Shown piece by piece: positions 28,901-37,534 of a stretch of DNA of 37,534 nt (the stretch's first letter is position 1; every line of letters begins with the position of its first letter). The position numbers and the translations under genes were made by a program. The stretch lies in assembly GCA_903897765.1 (NCBI GenBank), contig CAIUCY010000073.1:1-37534 (forward strand). Reading direction: 5' to 3'. This DNA comes from an uncultured Candidatus Marinamargulisbacteria bacterium (GTDB lineage: Bacteria > Margulisbacteria > Riflemargulisbacteria > GWF2-35-9). The notes beneath the pieces are model-generated. The model was not told the origin of the DNA, did not search any database, and worked only from the letters and a program-made list of their open reading frames with translations.

Positions 28901-30226
28901 TCCTTCCATGTTGATTTCGCGGCTCCCATACTCGAAAGCGATGGCATTGATGCTCAAACTTGCAAGCCACTGATATATTCACTCTGGCAACAAGAGAACG
29001 CTTACATTCAGCAGCTCATCTCACGTCCCGTCAGCCACATTTTCTCGCCCATATTGTATAAAAACAATCATCGCATCTTTGCCCGCGAGGTCTATTTTGC
29101 CAAACATCTCATCCTTGAAAACACCGACTTTTTGCGTTTAATAGCTGCCATTAACGGTCTCCTAGTCGAACAAAGCCTACTTCGCAGCACGTTCACAAAG
29201 AAAAATGATGAATACGTTTGGCACGAATACCTTCATCAGGATCTAGCCCATTTTCCGTTTCTCGATCTCTCTGCCTATTCACCTGCTTGGATAAAATCGT
29301 TTTGGCTAAACATTTTGATCCCTTATTATGAAGACATAAATCCCCTTCGAAGGCTTCCTTTTCGTTTTGCCCTCATCAAACATGCCGAAAAGAACCACTC
29401 GATCGTGTTCTTAATGGATGAGTCCATACATGATACCTATGGCGAGGATATTATTTGCCAAACACTGCAAGACATTTACGATCAAACGCGAATCCCAACA
29501 CCCCAGCCTCGCTATGAGGACTATCTGTCGTTCCTTCAGTCGAAGGGAGCGTTATCGTTAGAGCAAAACAACCTGTTTGGGTTTCAACGCCATGTCGACG
29601 CCCTGACACAAGTCCGTCAATATCTAGAGACTTATCCTAACGGCCAAACATTCGCGCATTTTTCTATTCCCCTTGATGTGCCTGCCAAATACCAAACTTT
29701 AACTAAATGGGAGCTCGCCATTCGAATATTCACGGCTTTCTTGCGGGCCTATCTACCCCTTCAACTCGTTCCCTTTTTTATGGTGGATGACTGTCGCCGT
29801 TTCAACCATGACCAATTTGTAAATACGGTTGGGGGGTTTGGGGATTATAGGCCACTACTGCTCGATATATCAAAAGATAATGCAACCCTCGCCACCTCCA
29901 TTCACGAAACATTGCAACATTATGTACACCATGGGGTTCATTTTCTCTCTCTTCTTGAACAAAACAAACTTCCCTCTGACTATCAAGACGATGCCTCCAT
30001 TAAAAAGGCAATGATTCTCTTTCGTTTCAACGCCCATTACAGTAACCTCCAAAGCGAGGAACTTCACGATAGCCTTACTCATCAAAAGAACTACGGTCGC
30101 GATCTTCAACGCTGGGGAGAAGGACTTTATTTCTTTGTCTCTTTTAAGGACGACCATCCACTCCTCACAGTGCGCACCCCATTTAAGCTGAGCGAGGATG
30201 AATTGAAACAATTACTTTTTCATTAA
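25922..30226 (+). CDS. Single-module non-ribosomal peptide synthetase: C-A-T plus degenerate terminal C-like domain, no TE
   Basis: C: HHLLTDSWG, IGTFFNTLP. A: LKAGGAYLP, YTSGSTGDPKG, NTYGVTE, YATGD, QVKISGYR, SGKVDR. T: FDLGADSL. Terminal C-like: EQSLLRSTF, DESIHDTYG, RYEDY, TVGGFGDYRP. Confidence 0.9.
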   Translation: MKKTPLSPIEQQFWHEQQIFADSPALNIGGYTLIDGHIDASTFQQSIRFFLRHTYAFCRFFLNRDMADINPNPDYTVRVMHQSDEDSLTWMQTAMRQPFDVGHYPLFDINLLYSDSHTYFFARVHHLLTDSWGLSLFLQTISMLYNHYRRFGSFPTSTGCFPYNDSIEQVLSYARSSHYEADKAYWLGKFSSLPPTLFDQKEPKHALALRESFTIPRETLNDIEAFAHSKDATVFHYFLGALYLCLALHYTQTDLVVGINLLNRFDKKQKQTIGTFFNTLPLQISIHEDEPFRTLLKLIKKTLRSDYRHARFPSRDIASMINKAGLFDIIFSYEKHPYATDFDHYATQSIAISSGMMRGKLNIYIRDYSYLHNVDIDIDFNAKVFSRSDRQALTESFKGLIYKPLDTINYQADIYRMSKGKVLSHNHETIPAVFEHQVSLTPHRIALIVDQQAYSYEELNARSNRVAHALREQGISVDSLVAILFDYSLEMIVAILGILKAGGAYLPINPDDPAPLIAHRIAHSQAKLVLRTLPTHSNNQNLPHINEPSNLAYVIYTSGSTGDPKGVLLEHKGVINVLRHWVEAYDLTLNPTTLLQLSDYTHDVFTGNWVKTLLTGGTLVIPSGMERKDLGGLARLMSTHRVSMLDTTPAIILRLIDYIKENNLESASTLTHILLGSDLCHLEDYRKLAKAFWGQARVINTYGVTEATIYSCDYQTPLDEIPLHGATPIGKPFCNTQLFVLDKSLTLLPQGVEGDLYLGGDGLARGYLDRPDLTAKKFIASPFDVNKRLYATGDRAKWAQDGQLIFLGRSDFQVKISGYRVDIEEIENTLRQHPLVEEAIVVGVNKDPNRQTLIAYYVSTTPISDEAFRQYLSNKLPRHMIPTRYIFNVSLPLNTSGKVDRKALREKANQPQNTVAPTEMTPRQSQLLNIWETVLHQRPIDINDDVFDLGADSLDCVNMLSQLEKEGIHLTLADLYHYRTVSDLAKISERQEASFHVDFAAPILESDGIDAQTCKPLIYSLWQQENAYIQQLISRPVSHIFSPILYKNNHRIFAREVYFAKHLILENTDFLRLIAAINGLLVEQSLLRSTFTKKNDEYVWHEYLHQDLAHFPFLDLSAYSPAWIKSFWLNILIPYYEDINPLRRLPFRFALIKHAEKNHSIVFLMDESIHDTYGEDIICQTLQDIYDQTRIPTPQPRYEDYLSFLQSKGALSLEQNNLFGFQRHVDALTQVRQYLETYPNGQTFAHFSIPLDVPAKYQTLTKWELAIRIFTAFLRAYLPLQLVPFFMVDDCRRFNHDQFVNTVGGFGDYRPLLLDISKDNATLATSIHETLQHYVHHGVHFLSLLEQNKLPSDYQDDASIKKAMILFRFNAHYSNLQSEELHDSLTHQKNYGRDLQRWGEGLYFFVSFKDDHPLLTVRTPFKLSEDELKQLLFH

Positions 30227-30248
30227 CATTTTGATGCGACTTACATCC

Positions 30249-31238
30249 TTACTCGAGGATAACCCTCAATGCGGGAACATCGACGGTGATCGTTCTATTC
30301 TTGAATCGACGTTTAAAGTGTCTAGGGATTCCTCTCGGCAATTTAACATGAAGGGAATAGGATTCAAGCTCCTGCCAACCTAACCAATGCTCAGGATGTT
30401 TTTTTAATAGCGCCTCAAAAGCCTGAGTGATCAGGGTTGCATCTTCGGGTGTAGCTCGCATCCGTTCTGACTCAAGAGTTAGCCCATCCTCCCAAGTAAA
30501 AAGTCCTAGGGTCGGCATGAAGATTAATAAAGGAAAGGGGCTTGAACGTGTTAGCCAGTCTGGCCACCAATCGGCCAGTATAAGTGATAATTTAGATCCG
30601 ATGGCTATGTTTAGGGGGATGTCCCTTCGACTTTCAACATAAGGACGATCCGCCACGACAAGCACTCTCATTTTAGAACGCCCTTCAACCATGGTGGGTA
30701 AGACAACGCTTTGACTGGTTTGCCATACTACAAAGCGACGCTTAAAATCATCATGACGGGGATCAGCTAAAACAAGGTCTAAATAATGGTTTATCTGTGT
30801 TTGCCATCGTTGCGGCAGCACCAAAATAAACTGAGCATCTGGATCTTCTTCCATCGCATAAGCCATAAAGAATACAATCAGCATCATAAAGCCACTGGTT
30901 TGAGCGACTAAAAGATTAACACACAGCGACTCCGAATATACCGACAAACGTTGACGAAAACCATCATAATGATAGGGATAGTCACGAAGAACCCATTGAT
31001 AGGGCGTTAACTCGTTAAAGGGAAGCAACCACGTATTATAATAATTCCATCGGCTCGCCATCAAGGTACGATGAAGAAATCGTTTCGCCCCCATCAGCGC
31101 TAGCATTGCCCACATGACCTGTAAAAAAAACTGTTTTTGCCGCGAGGGATCAAAATAGAACTCGTCATGTGCCTCGACTCGGCTTCCACGGTACCGAGAG
31201 AGCCGGATCATTTCTGAAATTTTACTCATGATAGCCAC
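30249..31238 (-). CDS. Divergent LpxL/lysophospholipid acyltransferase-like protein
   Basis: FEALLKKHPEHWLGW resembles the LpxL E..I...PEQW.W motif and LVVADRP resembles the L..DQ motif. Catalytic HX4D/E is not evident. Start may be ATG 31229. Confidence 0.5.
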   Translation of the reverse strand: MAIMSKISEMIRLSRYRGSRVEAHDEFYFDPSRQKQFFLQVMWAMLALMGAKRFLHRTLMASRWNYYNTWLLPFNELTPYQWVLRDYPYHYDGFRQRLSVYSESLCVNLLVAQTSGFMMLIVFFMAYAMEEDPDAQFILVLPQRWQTQINHYLDLVLADPRHDDFKRRFVVWQTSQSVVLPTMVEGRSKMRVLVVADRPYVESRRDIPLNIAIGSKLSLILADWWPDWLTRSSPFPLLIFMPTLGLFTWEDGLTLESERMRATPEDATLITQAFEALLKKHPEHWLGWQELESYSLHVKLPRGIPRHFKRRFKNRTITVDVPALRVILE

Positions 31239-31300
31239 CCTAAGCTATTGTATTACAAAGAAGGTCGTTTTTACCCCCATTTTATATTATACTTATGGGT

Positions 31301-31984
31301 ATGAAGAAAATTATTATCGTCTTTCTTTTGTCGTGGGCTTTTTGTCTCGACACCACCATGACCTTAACCGGTCAAGGATCGGTCAAATATCGGCCGAATA
31401 TGGCGGTCATTCAATTAGGGATCGAGGAGACTTATACCGATGCTGCCGCTGGACAAAAAGAAAGCAACAAAAAGATAAACGAATTTATTAAAAGTGCCAT
31501 GGGATATTTACCCAAAGAGCAGATGGAAACAACCGCACTTCAGGTTAACAGAAAGTTTGATTATCGGGATGGTCGGACTGTCTTTGCCGGTTATGATATT
31601 AAACAATCCATTCTCATATATTGTACCCACCTCGAACTCATCGGAACGCTTATTGACCTCAGCATGAAATGCGGACTCAATTCGCTTTATGGCGTTTCAT
31701 TTAGCCACACCCAACCCGATGCCTTTCAAAAGAGCGCCCTTGAACTCGCTTTAAAAGATGCAACCCAAAAAGCAAAACTCATCGCTCAAACCCTTAGTCT
31801 TAACCAAGTTGAACTCGTTGATCTTCAAATCAATCCGTCCCAAATACCGATCAATTTCGAGCCTCAACCTCGACTTATGTCGATCCAGAGCGCTGACACT
31901 ACAACCACAGCGCTTCCCAGTGAGTTAACAGCCACTCAGCTCATCACTGCTAAATTTAGCTTCAAAAGCAAGCCCATCAAATAG
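31301..31984 (+). CDS. SIMPL (DUF541/BP26/YggE-like) periplasmic protein
   Basis: Signal peptide MKKIIIVFLL, TGQGSVKYRPNMAVIQLGI, ALKDATQKAKLIA. TATACT lies 7 nt before ATG 31301. Confidence 0.85.
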   Translation: MKKIIIVFLLSWAFCLDTTMTLTGQGSVKYRPNMAVIQLGIEETYTDAAAGQKESNKKINEFIKSAMGYLPKEQMETTALQVNRKFDYRDGRTVFAGYDIKQSILIYCTHLELIGTLIDLSMKCGLNSLYGVSFSHTQPDAFQKSALELALKDATQKAKLIAQTLSLNQVELVDLQINPSQIPINFEPQPRLMSIQSADTTTTALPSELTATQLITAKFSFKSKPIK

Positions 31985-31993
31985 GAGGTTTTC

Positions 31994-32440
31994 ATGAAAG
32001 ATATTTTGATTATTATGGGGAGTCGATCAGATGAGCCCATTTTAGACGAGGCGACCCCTTATCTCGATAAATTTGGACTAACCTATGACAGGGTCATTGC
32101 TTCAGCACATCGAAACCCAGAACGAGTAACAGAACTCGCGAAAACCGCTTCGCAGCATTACCGTGTCATCATCGCTGCAGCGGGGAAGGCAGCCCATCTA
32201 CCTGGCGTTTTTGCAGGCCACACCACCCTTCCTGTCATTGGAGTCCCTATCAAAACCTCCGATCTCGGGGGCGTGGATTCTTTATATTCCATCGTTCAGA
32301 TGCCAAGAGGTGTTCCCGTCGCGACAGTTGCTATCAATGGTGCAGCGAATGCAGCGATACTCGCCGCACAGATCCTCGCTATTGCTCAACCGGAACTCCA
32401 ATTAAAACTTGAATCCTTTAAAGAGGAATTAAAAGGATAG
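31994..32440 (+). CDS. purE: N5-carboxyaminoimidazole ribonucleotide mutase
   Basis: IIMGSRSD, SAHRNP, AGKAAHLPG, SIVQMPRGVPVATV; SD AGGAGG. Confidence 0.97.
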   Translation: MKDILIIMGSRSDEPILDEATPYLDKFGLTYDRVIASAHRNPERVTELAKTASQHYRVIIAAAGKAAHLPGVFAGHTTLPVIGVPIKTSDLGGVDSLYSIVQMPRGVPVATVAINGAANAAILAAQILAIAQPELQLKLESFKEELKG

Positions 32441-32444
32441 ATCC

Positions 32445-32960
32445 TTGATCAGCATCCTAGACATTATCGCTGTACTAGTTTTAGGGTATGGGGCCTATAA
32501 AGGTTTTCGTGCCGGTCTCATTCATATGGTTTTTGAGATTCTTGCGGTAGGTTTATCGTTCTGGTTTACGATTCATCACTATCGAAAGGTGGGCTTATTT
32601 CTCCAGAATACTCTTCATATTCGGATCGGTTGGACAAAAGTTGACACATGGGACAACGTCCTTGTCTGGCTCCTCACTTTTATTCTCTGTTTTATCCTTT
32701 TCAAATTGGCAGGTGCCTTTTTAACACGGTTTTTTGAACGCACGTATTTAGGCTCTTGGAATCGTTGGGCTGGACTAGGTTTAAACTTTTCTAAATGGCT
32801 CTTATTATTATGGTTGATAGCCATTGTATTAATGCAACTTCCCTTAAAAACTCTTCGTCTCTATACCAAAAAGTCGGCCACATTTAAGTCCTATCAAGCG
32901 ATTTCAATCCTTGTCCCCTTAAAAACTTTGCTTCCTAATAAATTCCAACATTTTTTATAA
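32445..32960 (+). CDS. cvpA: CvpA (colicin V production) family membrane protein
   Basis: LDII...GAYKGFRAGLI, LGSWNRWAG, hydrophobic helices, next to a pur gene. Confidence 0.78.
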   Translation: MISILDIIAVLVLGYGAYKGFRAGLIHMVFEILAVGLSFWFTIHHYRKVGLFLQNTLHIRIGWTKVDTWDNVLVWLLTFILCFILFKLAGAFLTRFFERTYLGSWNRWAGLGLNFSKWLLLLWLIAIVLMQLPLKTLRLYTKKSATFKSYQAISILVPLKTLLPNKFQHFL

Positions 32961-32961
32961 T

Positions 32962-33588
32962 ATGACATCTCGAGTCCTTATTGTTGATGACACAGGGTAT
33001 AATCTAAAAGTCCTCTTTGACCTGCTTAGTCAAGAATCCTATGAAGTCTTGGTTGCCCAGTCGGGCAAAAAAGCTCTTGAGATTCTTTCTGTCACGGAAC
33101 CAGACCTCATCCTTTTAGATGTCATGATGCCAGAAATGAACGGATTTGAGGTATTGAAAAAGATAAAAATAACCTCAGTTTGGCGAGATATCCCCGTTAT
33201 CTTTCTTACGGCCAAAACCAACCATGAAAGTCTGGTCGAAGGTTTTCAACTCGGCGCCGTGGACTATATTACGAAACCCTTTCAATCTGATGAATTAATT
33301 GCACGAGTCAACACCCACTGTTCCCTTCGCAAAGCACATCAGGATCTCCAAAAACAACATACTGAGCTTGAACGCGCTTATGATGAGATTAAAATGCTTC
33401 AAAGTTTACTGCCCATTTGCTTTAACTGCAAAAAGGTAAAGGATGACAAAGGGTACTGGATGAAGTTAGAAGAATATCTCTCCAACACCATGCATGTTAA
33501 AATCTCTCACGGGCTTTGTGATGATTGTTTGAAGATGCTTTATCCACAAGAAGCCGAACGAATACTTACGTCCCGTGATTCAATTTAA
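32962..33588 (+). CDS. Response regulator: REC, coiled coil and Cys/His-rich C-terminal domain
   Basis: VLIVDD, LLDVMMP, FLTA, KPF; tail [17 protein letters not shown]...SHGLCDDC. Confidence 0.92.
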   Translation: MTSRVLIVDDTGYNLKVLFDLLSQESYEVLVAQSGKKALEILSVTEPDLILLDVMMPEMNGFEVLKKIKITSVWRDIPVIFLTAKTNHESLVEGFQLGAVDYITKPFQSDELIARVNTHCSLRKAHQDLQKQHTELERAYDEIKMLQSLLPICFNCKKVKDDKGYWMKLEEYLSNTMHVKISHGLCDDCLKMLYPQEAERILTSRDSI

Positions 33589-35284
33589 ACGTTTTCCCGC
33601 ATCTATTCGGATTTTCTTCGGTGTTTCAATCGCGGTTCTACTAAGTTTAATGGTCAGCACCTTATTACTCACTCACGCACTCGTCGATATTAACGACAAG
33701 ATACTTGAAACCAATGAATCCCTGAGCTGGCTTCGTCGAATAAAATCAGATCTTCTTACCTCTCAAGTCTCACTCAAAGATTATTTTCTTTATGGAGCGC
33801 AGATAAATTTACAAGCTTTTGAAGACGAAACGATCCATATCCTAGCCTCGATCGACCACCTTAAAACGCTTATTGAGGCAAATAATCTCGCCGAATCATC
33901 ATCCTTAGAGACCCTTCAGAGATTCCTCGCCTCTCGCTTTACAACACAAAAACAACTTATTGCACAATTTCGTGTCAGGAAGAATACCCCTTCGATCCTT
34001 GAATCGCTTCAAAACCATACATCTGATATTATCGATTTATCGACAAAACATCTCGGGATCATCGAACAAACAGAAAACAAAGAATTGAAATATTTTAATC
34101 AACGCTCCAATCAAACCGCTCAATTTCTTGTTATTATCGTCGTTCTCGGCGTCCTTTTGTCCATTGCTCTCCTTAGTCTTGCATTTCGACTCTTATCCAA
34201 TGAATCCCAAAAAGCAAAAGCCCTCGCCAAATCTCTTGAAATTGCCAAGAATGAGGCAGACAAAGCAAACCAAGCTAAAGGTGAGTTCTTGGCCAATATC
34301 AGCCATGAAATCCGAACCCCATTAAACGCGATTCTAGGCTTTACCGACTTGCTTCGAAAATCAGCGATCAACGACCGTGTTTATCTAGACTACATAAGGT
34401 CAATTCAAATTAGTGGTAAAGCCCTTTTAAGCCTAATAAACGACATACTCGACCTCTCAAAACTAGAAGCGGGGGCTCTAAAACTAGAACCATCGCCCAC
34501 AGAGATCCGAGTCCTTATTAACGATCTTATTGGTGTTTTTTCGCTTAGGGTTCGAGAAAACAACATTCTCATTAAACTCGGCATTGAACGCATCGTTCCG
34601 GAACGGTTGATGCTTGACGAAACGCGACTCCGACAGATTCTGTTTAATCTTATCGGGAATGCCGTCAAATTTACTCACGAAGGAAGCATTACGGTTCAAG
34701 TCGCCTGGGTCGACGGTATCGATTCTCATCTTGTTATCTCTATTGAAGACACGGGAATTGGCATTCCTCTAGAAGATCAAAATAGAATTTTTGAACCCTT
34801 TATGCAGGCGACCAATCAAAGTCAAAAAACGTATGAAGGTTCGGGGTTAGGCCTCGCCATTTCACGACGACTCGTTCAGTCAATGAATGGAAAATTAAGC
34901 CTAAAAAGCACCGTGGGCATCGGCTCTTGTTTCACAGTGGACCTTCCCAGCCTTCGTTGCGGAGATCCAGAAAAAACCTTTCAAGATCAAAACGATCTAA
35001 ACAAAACATCTCAGGATGGTTACATTCTATTGGATAAAGTCATTCCGGCTAATATTAAAGTTGTGTGGAAAAAAGAGATCATCGCACCCGCCATTAAGTG
35101 CATACAAACAATGTCTGTTAACAGATTAACTGAATGGTCTGACGCCCTGATCGAATTCTCAATACATCATGATCTTGACGAAATCAATCAATTCGCAAGA
35201 CAAATCCGAGACAATCTGAAGTCCTTTTCGCTGAAGGAAGCCGAAGCACAAATTCGGAGACTTATAAAAGCTACATCCGAATAG
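33575..35284 (+). CDS. Membrane sensor histidine kinase (CHASE3-like periplasmic domain, HisKA, HATPase)
   Basis: Two TM helices, [35 protein letters not shown]. Confidence 0.93.
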   Translation: MIQFKRFPASIRIFFGVSIAVLLSLMVSTLLLTHALVDINDKILETNESLSWLRRIKSDLLTSQVSLKDYFLYGAQINLQAFEDETIHILASIDHLKTLIEANNLAESSSLETLQRFLASRFTTQKQLIAQFRVRKNTPSILESLQNHTSDIIDLSTKHLGIIEQTENKELKYFNQRSNQTAQFLVIIVVLGVLLSIALLSLAFRLLSNESQKAKALAKSLEIAKNEADKANQAKGEFLANISHEIRTPLNAILGFTDLLRKSAINDRVYLDYIRSIQISGKALLSLINDILDLSKLEAGALKLEPSPTEIRVLINDLIGVFSLRVRENNILIKLGIERIVPERLMLDETRLRQILFNLIGNAVKFTHEGSITVQVAWVDGIDSHLVISIEDTGIGIPLEDQNRIFEPFMQATNQSQKTYEGSGLGLAISRRLVQSMNGKLSLKSTVGIGSCFTVDLPSLRCGDPEKTFQDQNDLNKTSQDGYILLDKVIPANIKVVWKKEIIAPAIKCIQTMSVNRLTEWSDALIEFSIHHDLDEINQFARQIRDNLKSFSLKEAEAQIRRLIKATSE

Positions 35285-36281
35285 ACTCCCACGCTTGATT
35301 GAACTTTATTACCCCCTGCCCCAAATCTTCTTTAAGTTGGCATTTATCGAGATCCTCGATGTTGTAATGGGGACTGCGCTTAATGAACGGAGAAGCACCT
35401 GTGTTGATTGCGGGGAGCTGTAAATAATCCGCAATTTTGGCATAAATTTCCGGTTCATGGATAAAGTTAATAAATTTATAGGCTAAATCGATATGGGGCG
35501 CATTTTTTAAGATAACCATGCTATCGATATACATAGTTGTTCCTTCTTTAGGAATAAAGAAATCAACTGACTTGCGTTGTTCTTCATCAAGCTCTAAAAA
35601 CACATTCTCAGCGTAGCCTTGAACAACCCAATATTCTCCGGCTGCAAATCCTTTTGCAAAGGATTCAGCGTCAAACTTTAATATGTTCTTCTTCCAACGC
35701 AATGCAACAGCTTTCGCTTGTTCAAGTTCCGACGGGTTAGTGCTGTTCACCGAGTAACCTAAACTTTTTAAGGCCATACCGAGCACTTCTCGCATATCAT
35801 CTAAAAGCGTCATTCGTCCCTTTAAGTCTGAACGATCAAAAATAGAGCTGCTGTGGTCATAATCCTTGACACATTTTTTGTTAACGGCGATACCTGCAGT
35901 CCCAACCATGTAGGGAACGCTGAACATATTTCCGGCATCAAAGGTAATTTTATTAAGGATCCGATTGTCTAAATATTTTAAGTTTGGGAGTTTAGATTTT
36001 TCAAGTTTTTCAAGCATCCCCTCATGGATCATTATCTTTACAAAATCTCCACTTGGAAAAACTACATCATATCCACGCCCTCCAGCTTTAAGTTTGGCAA
36101 ACATTTCTTCGTTAGAGGAATAAACATCATAAACGACCTTGCACATATATTTTTTCTCGAACTGTTTGACTACATCATCGGGGATATAGTAGGTCCAATT
36201 ATAGACATACAAAGTCCGTCCACCACACCCCATTAAACCAAAAAGAACCAACAGCAATAGCCCTGAAAATAAACGGTTCAT
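35271..36281 (-). CDS. potD: Spermidine/putrescine ABC transporter substrate-binding lipoprotein
   Basis: Lipobox [32 protein letters not shown]. Confidence 0.92.
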   Translation of the reverse strand: MNRLFSGLLLLVLFGLMGCGGRTLYVYNWTYYIPDDVVKQFEKKYMCKVVYDVYSSNEEMFAKLKAGGRGYDVVFPSGDFVKIMIHEGMLEKLEKSKLPNLKYLDNRILNKITFDAGNMFSVPYMVGTAGIAVNKKCVKDYDHSSSIFDRSDLKGRMTLLDDMREVLGMALKSLGYSVNSTNPSELEQAKAVALRWKKNILKFDAESFAKGFAAGEYWVVQGYAENVFLELDEEQRKSVDFFIPKEGTTMYIDSMVILKNAPHIDLAYKFINFIHEPEIYAKIADYLQLPAINTGASPFIKRSPHYNIEDLDKCQLKEDLGQGVIKFNQAWESIRM

Positions 36282-36298
36282 TGTCTCCTCCTTCGTTA

Positions 36299-37084
36299 TT
36301 ATTTTTGTATGACGTATTTAAATAATCGGCTAGTCGAAAAAGCAATAATGGCCGTAGCTACGATTAATACTACCGATAAGGCATTGATCACCGGCGATAC
36401 GCCAAAACGGATCATCGAATAAATATAGAGCGGCAACGTTGTTGATCCCGGCCCTGCAACAAAAAATGTTATGACAAAATCTTCTAATGAAAGGGTTATG
36501 CTCATCAGTAAACTTGCTGCAATGGCGGGTCGACACATTGGAAGAATGACCTTTGTCAAAACGACCCACTCTGAAGCGCCTAGATCATAGGAAGCCTCGA
36601 TTACCGAATAATCAAACTCATCTAGCCTTGCCGTCATGATCAAAAACACGTACGGAATACAAAAGGTCGTATGGGCAATAAAGATCGTATGTAGCCCAAG
36701 AGGAATTCCCATTTTAGAAAAGAAGATCAGGAGCGACACCCCCATAATAATTTCTGGCAATAGGAGGGGCAGGAGCGTCAAGACCGTTATAACCCGTTTA
36801 TGTTTCACTGAATGCCAATATAACCCGATCGCCCCAAGCGTGCCTATCAAGGTTGCAACCAAAGAAGCCCATATCGCGATCCAGAGACTTTTACCAAAGG
36901 CGGCCCATAGATCAGGGGAATGGTTAAATAATATTTCATACCATTTAAGTGAGATCCCTTCCCACACCATTGTCTTTGAATGATTAAATGAAAAAACCGT
37001 TAATAATATGAGCGGCAAATAAAAAAACCCCATAGTTACCAGCACCATCGTCCACGTAAAAAGGCCTCTTTTTTGCTGGCTCAT
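36299..37084 (-). CDS. potC: Spermidine/putrescine ABC transporter permease
   Basis: FYLPL...FSFN, PEIIMGVSL, EASYDLGA, TTLPLYIYS. Confidence 0.92.
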   Translation of the reverse strand: MSQQKRGLFTWTMVLVTMGFFYLPLILLTVFSFNHSKTMVWEGISLKWYEILFNHSPDLWAAFGKSLWIAIWASLVATLIGTLGAIGLYWHSVKHKRVITVLTLLPLLLPEIIMGVSLLIFFSKMGIPLGLHTIFIAHTTFCIPYVFLIMTARLDEFDYSVIEASYDLGASEWVVLTKVILPMCRPAIAASLLMSITLSLEDFVITFFVAGPGSTTLPLYIYSMIRFGVSPVINALSVVLIVATAIIAFSTSRLFKYVIQK

Positions 37085-37094
37085 TCGAAGTGTT

Positions 37095-37534
37095 TCACTT
37101 GTGGGCTCTATTATTTTGATTCACGAAAAACAGTAAAGCAAAAAGGGTCACCGCCGTTATGAGTGTCGATATCGCAGCTGAAAGGGGCCAATTCCTCGTA
37201 ATGGTTAATTCTCTAGCGATAATATTGCCCATCATATAGGCCCGACTATCCCCAACTAGCTGAGGAACGGCATATTGTCCAAAAGAGGGGATAAAGCAAA
37301 ATAATATCGCGGAAAACAGCCCACTTTTCACGCTAGGTATTAGGACCTTTCGAAACGCTTGGATCCGAGTCGCTCCTAAATCCCTTGCGGCTTCGAGTAG
37401 CGAAAAATCAAATTTCTCGATGGTCGAAAACAGGGGAAGGATCGCAAATGGTAGATACGTATAAACGAGCACCAATATGACTGACACTGGGTTATATAGC
37501 AACCGTAGGGGTTGATCGATCCATCCTAATCTGA
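37095..37534 (-). CDS. potB: Spermidine/putrescine ABC transporter permease, 5' truncated by the window edge
   Basis: YLPFAILP, EAARDLGA, NWPLSAA. Frame is open to the window end (RLGWIDQPLRLLYN). Confidence 0.9.
   Translation of the reverse strand, partial: RLGWIDQPLRLLYNPVSVILVLVYTYLPFAILPLFSTIEKFDFSLLEAARDLGATRIQAFRKVLIPSVKSGLFSAILFCFIPSFGQYAVPQLVGDSRAYMMGNIIARELTITRNWPLSAAISTLITAVTLFALLFFVNQNNRAHK

Noticed and set aside
1-37534. CRISPR arrays, tRNA/rRNA genes, transposases, integrases, phage genes
   Set aside because: None seen; intergenic gaps are short and contain no spaced direct repeats or cloverleaf motifs.

Overview
Densely coding 37.5 kb chromosomal window from a probably anaerobic, diderm bacterium. 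It carries [FeFe]-hydrogenase maturases, the DapL lysine route and LPS-type glycosyltransferases. A non-photosynthetic cyanobacterial relative such as Margulisbacteria would fit, but that is inference only. Gene order: MNT-HEPN toxin-antitoxin pair; hydG-aspA-hydF-hydE-dapF; MgtE-N-like ORF; dapL-rnc; accC-nusB-ribE-ribBA-ribH-sugar ABC ATPase-secreted GH8 glycanase (minus strand); divergent GT9/ArnT pair; orphan operon with two small ORFs missed or mis-started by the ORF track; nadA, mnmA, bioB; stand-alone C-A-T-C* NRPS convergent with an LpxL-like acyltransferase homologue; SIMPL-purE-cvpA-response regulator-histidine kinase; potDCB. Best leads: (1) the single-module NRPS (Orn/Dab-clade A domain with altered pocket, His-less terminal C domain) plus acyltransferase homologue, a candidate aminolipid pathway; (2) a ~130 nt three-way-junction palindromic element between nadA and mnmA; (3) the translationally coupled orphan operon; (4) repeated leaderless-promoter geometry; (5) a REP-like insert in mnmA; (6) a G10 tract in the GH8 gene. 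All calls come from reading motifs by eye; no searches were run.
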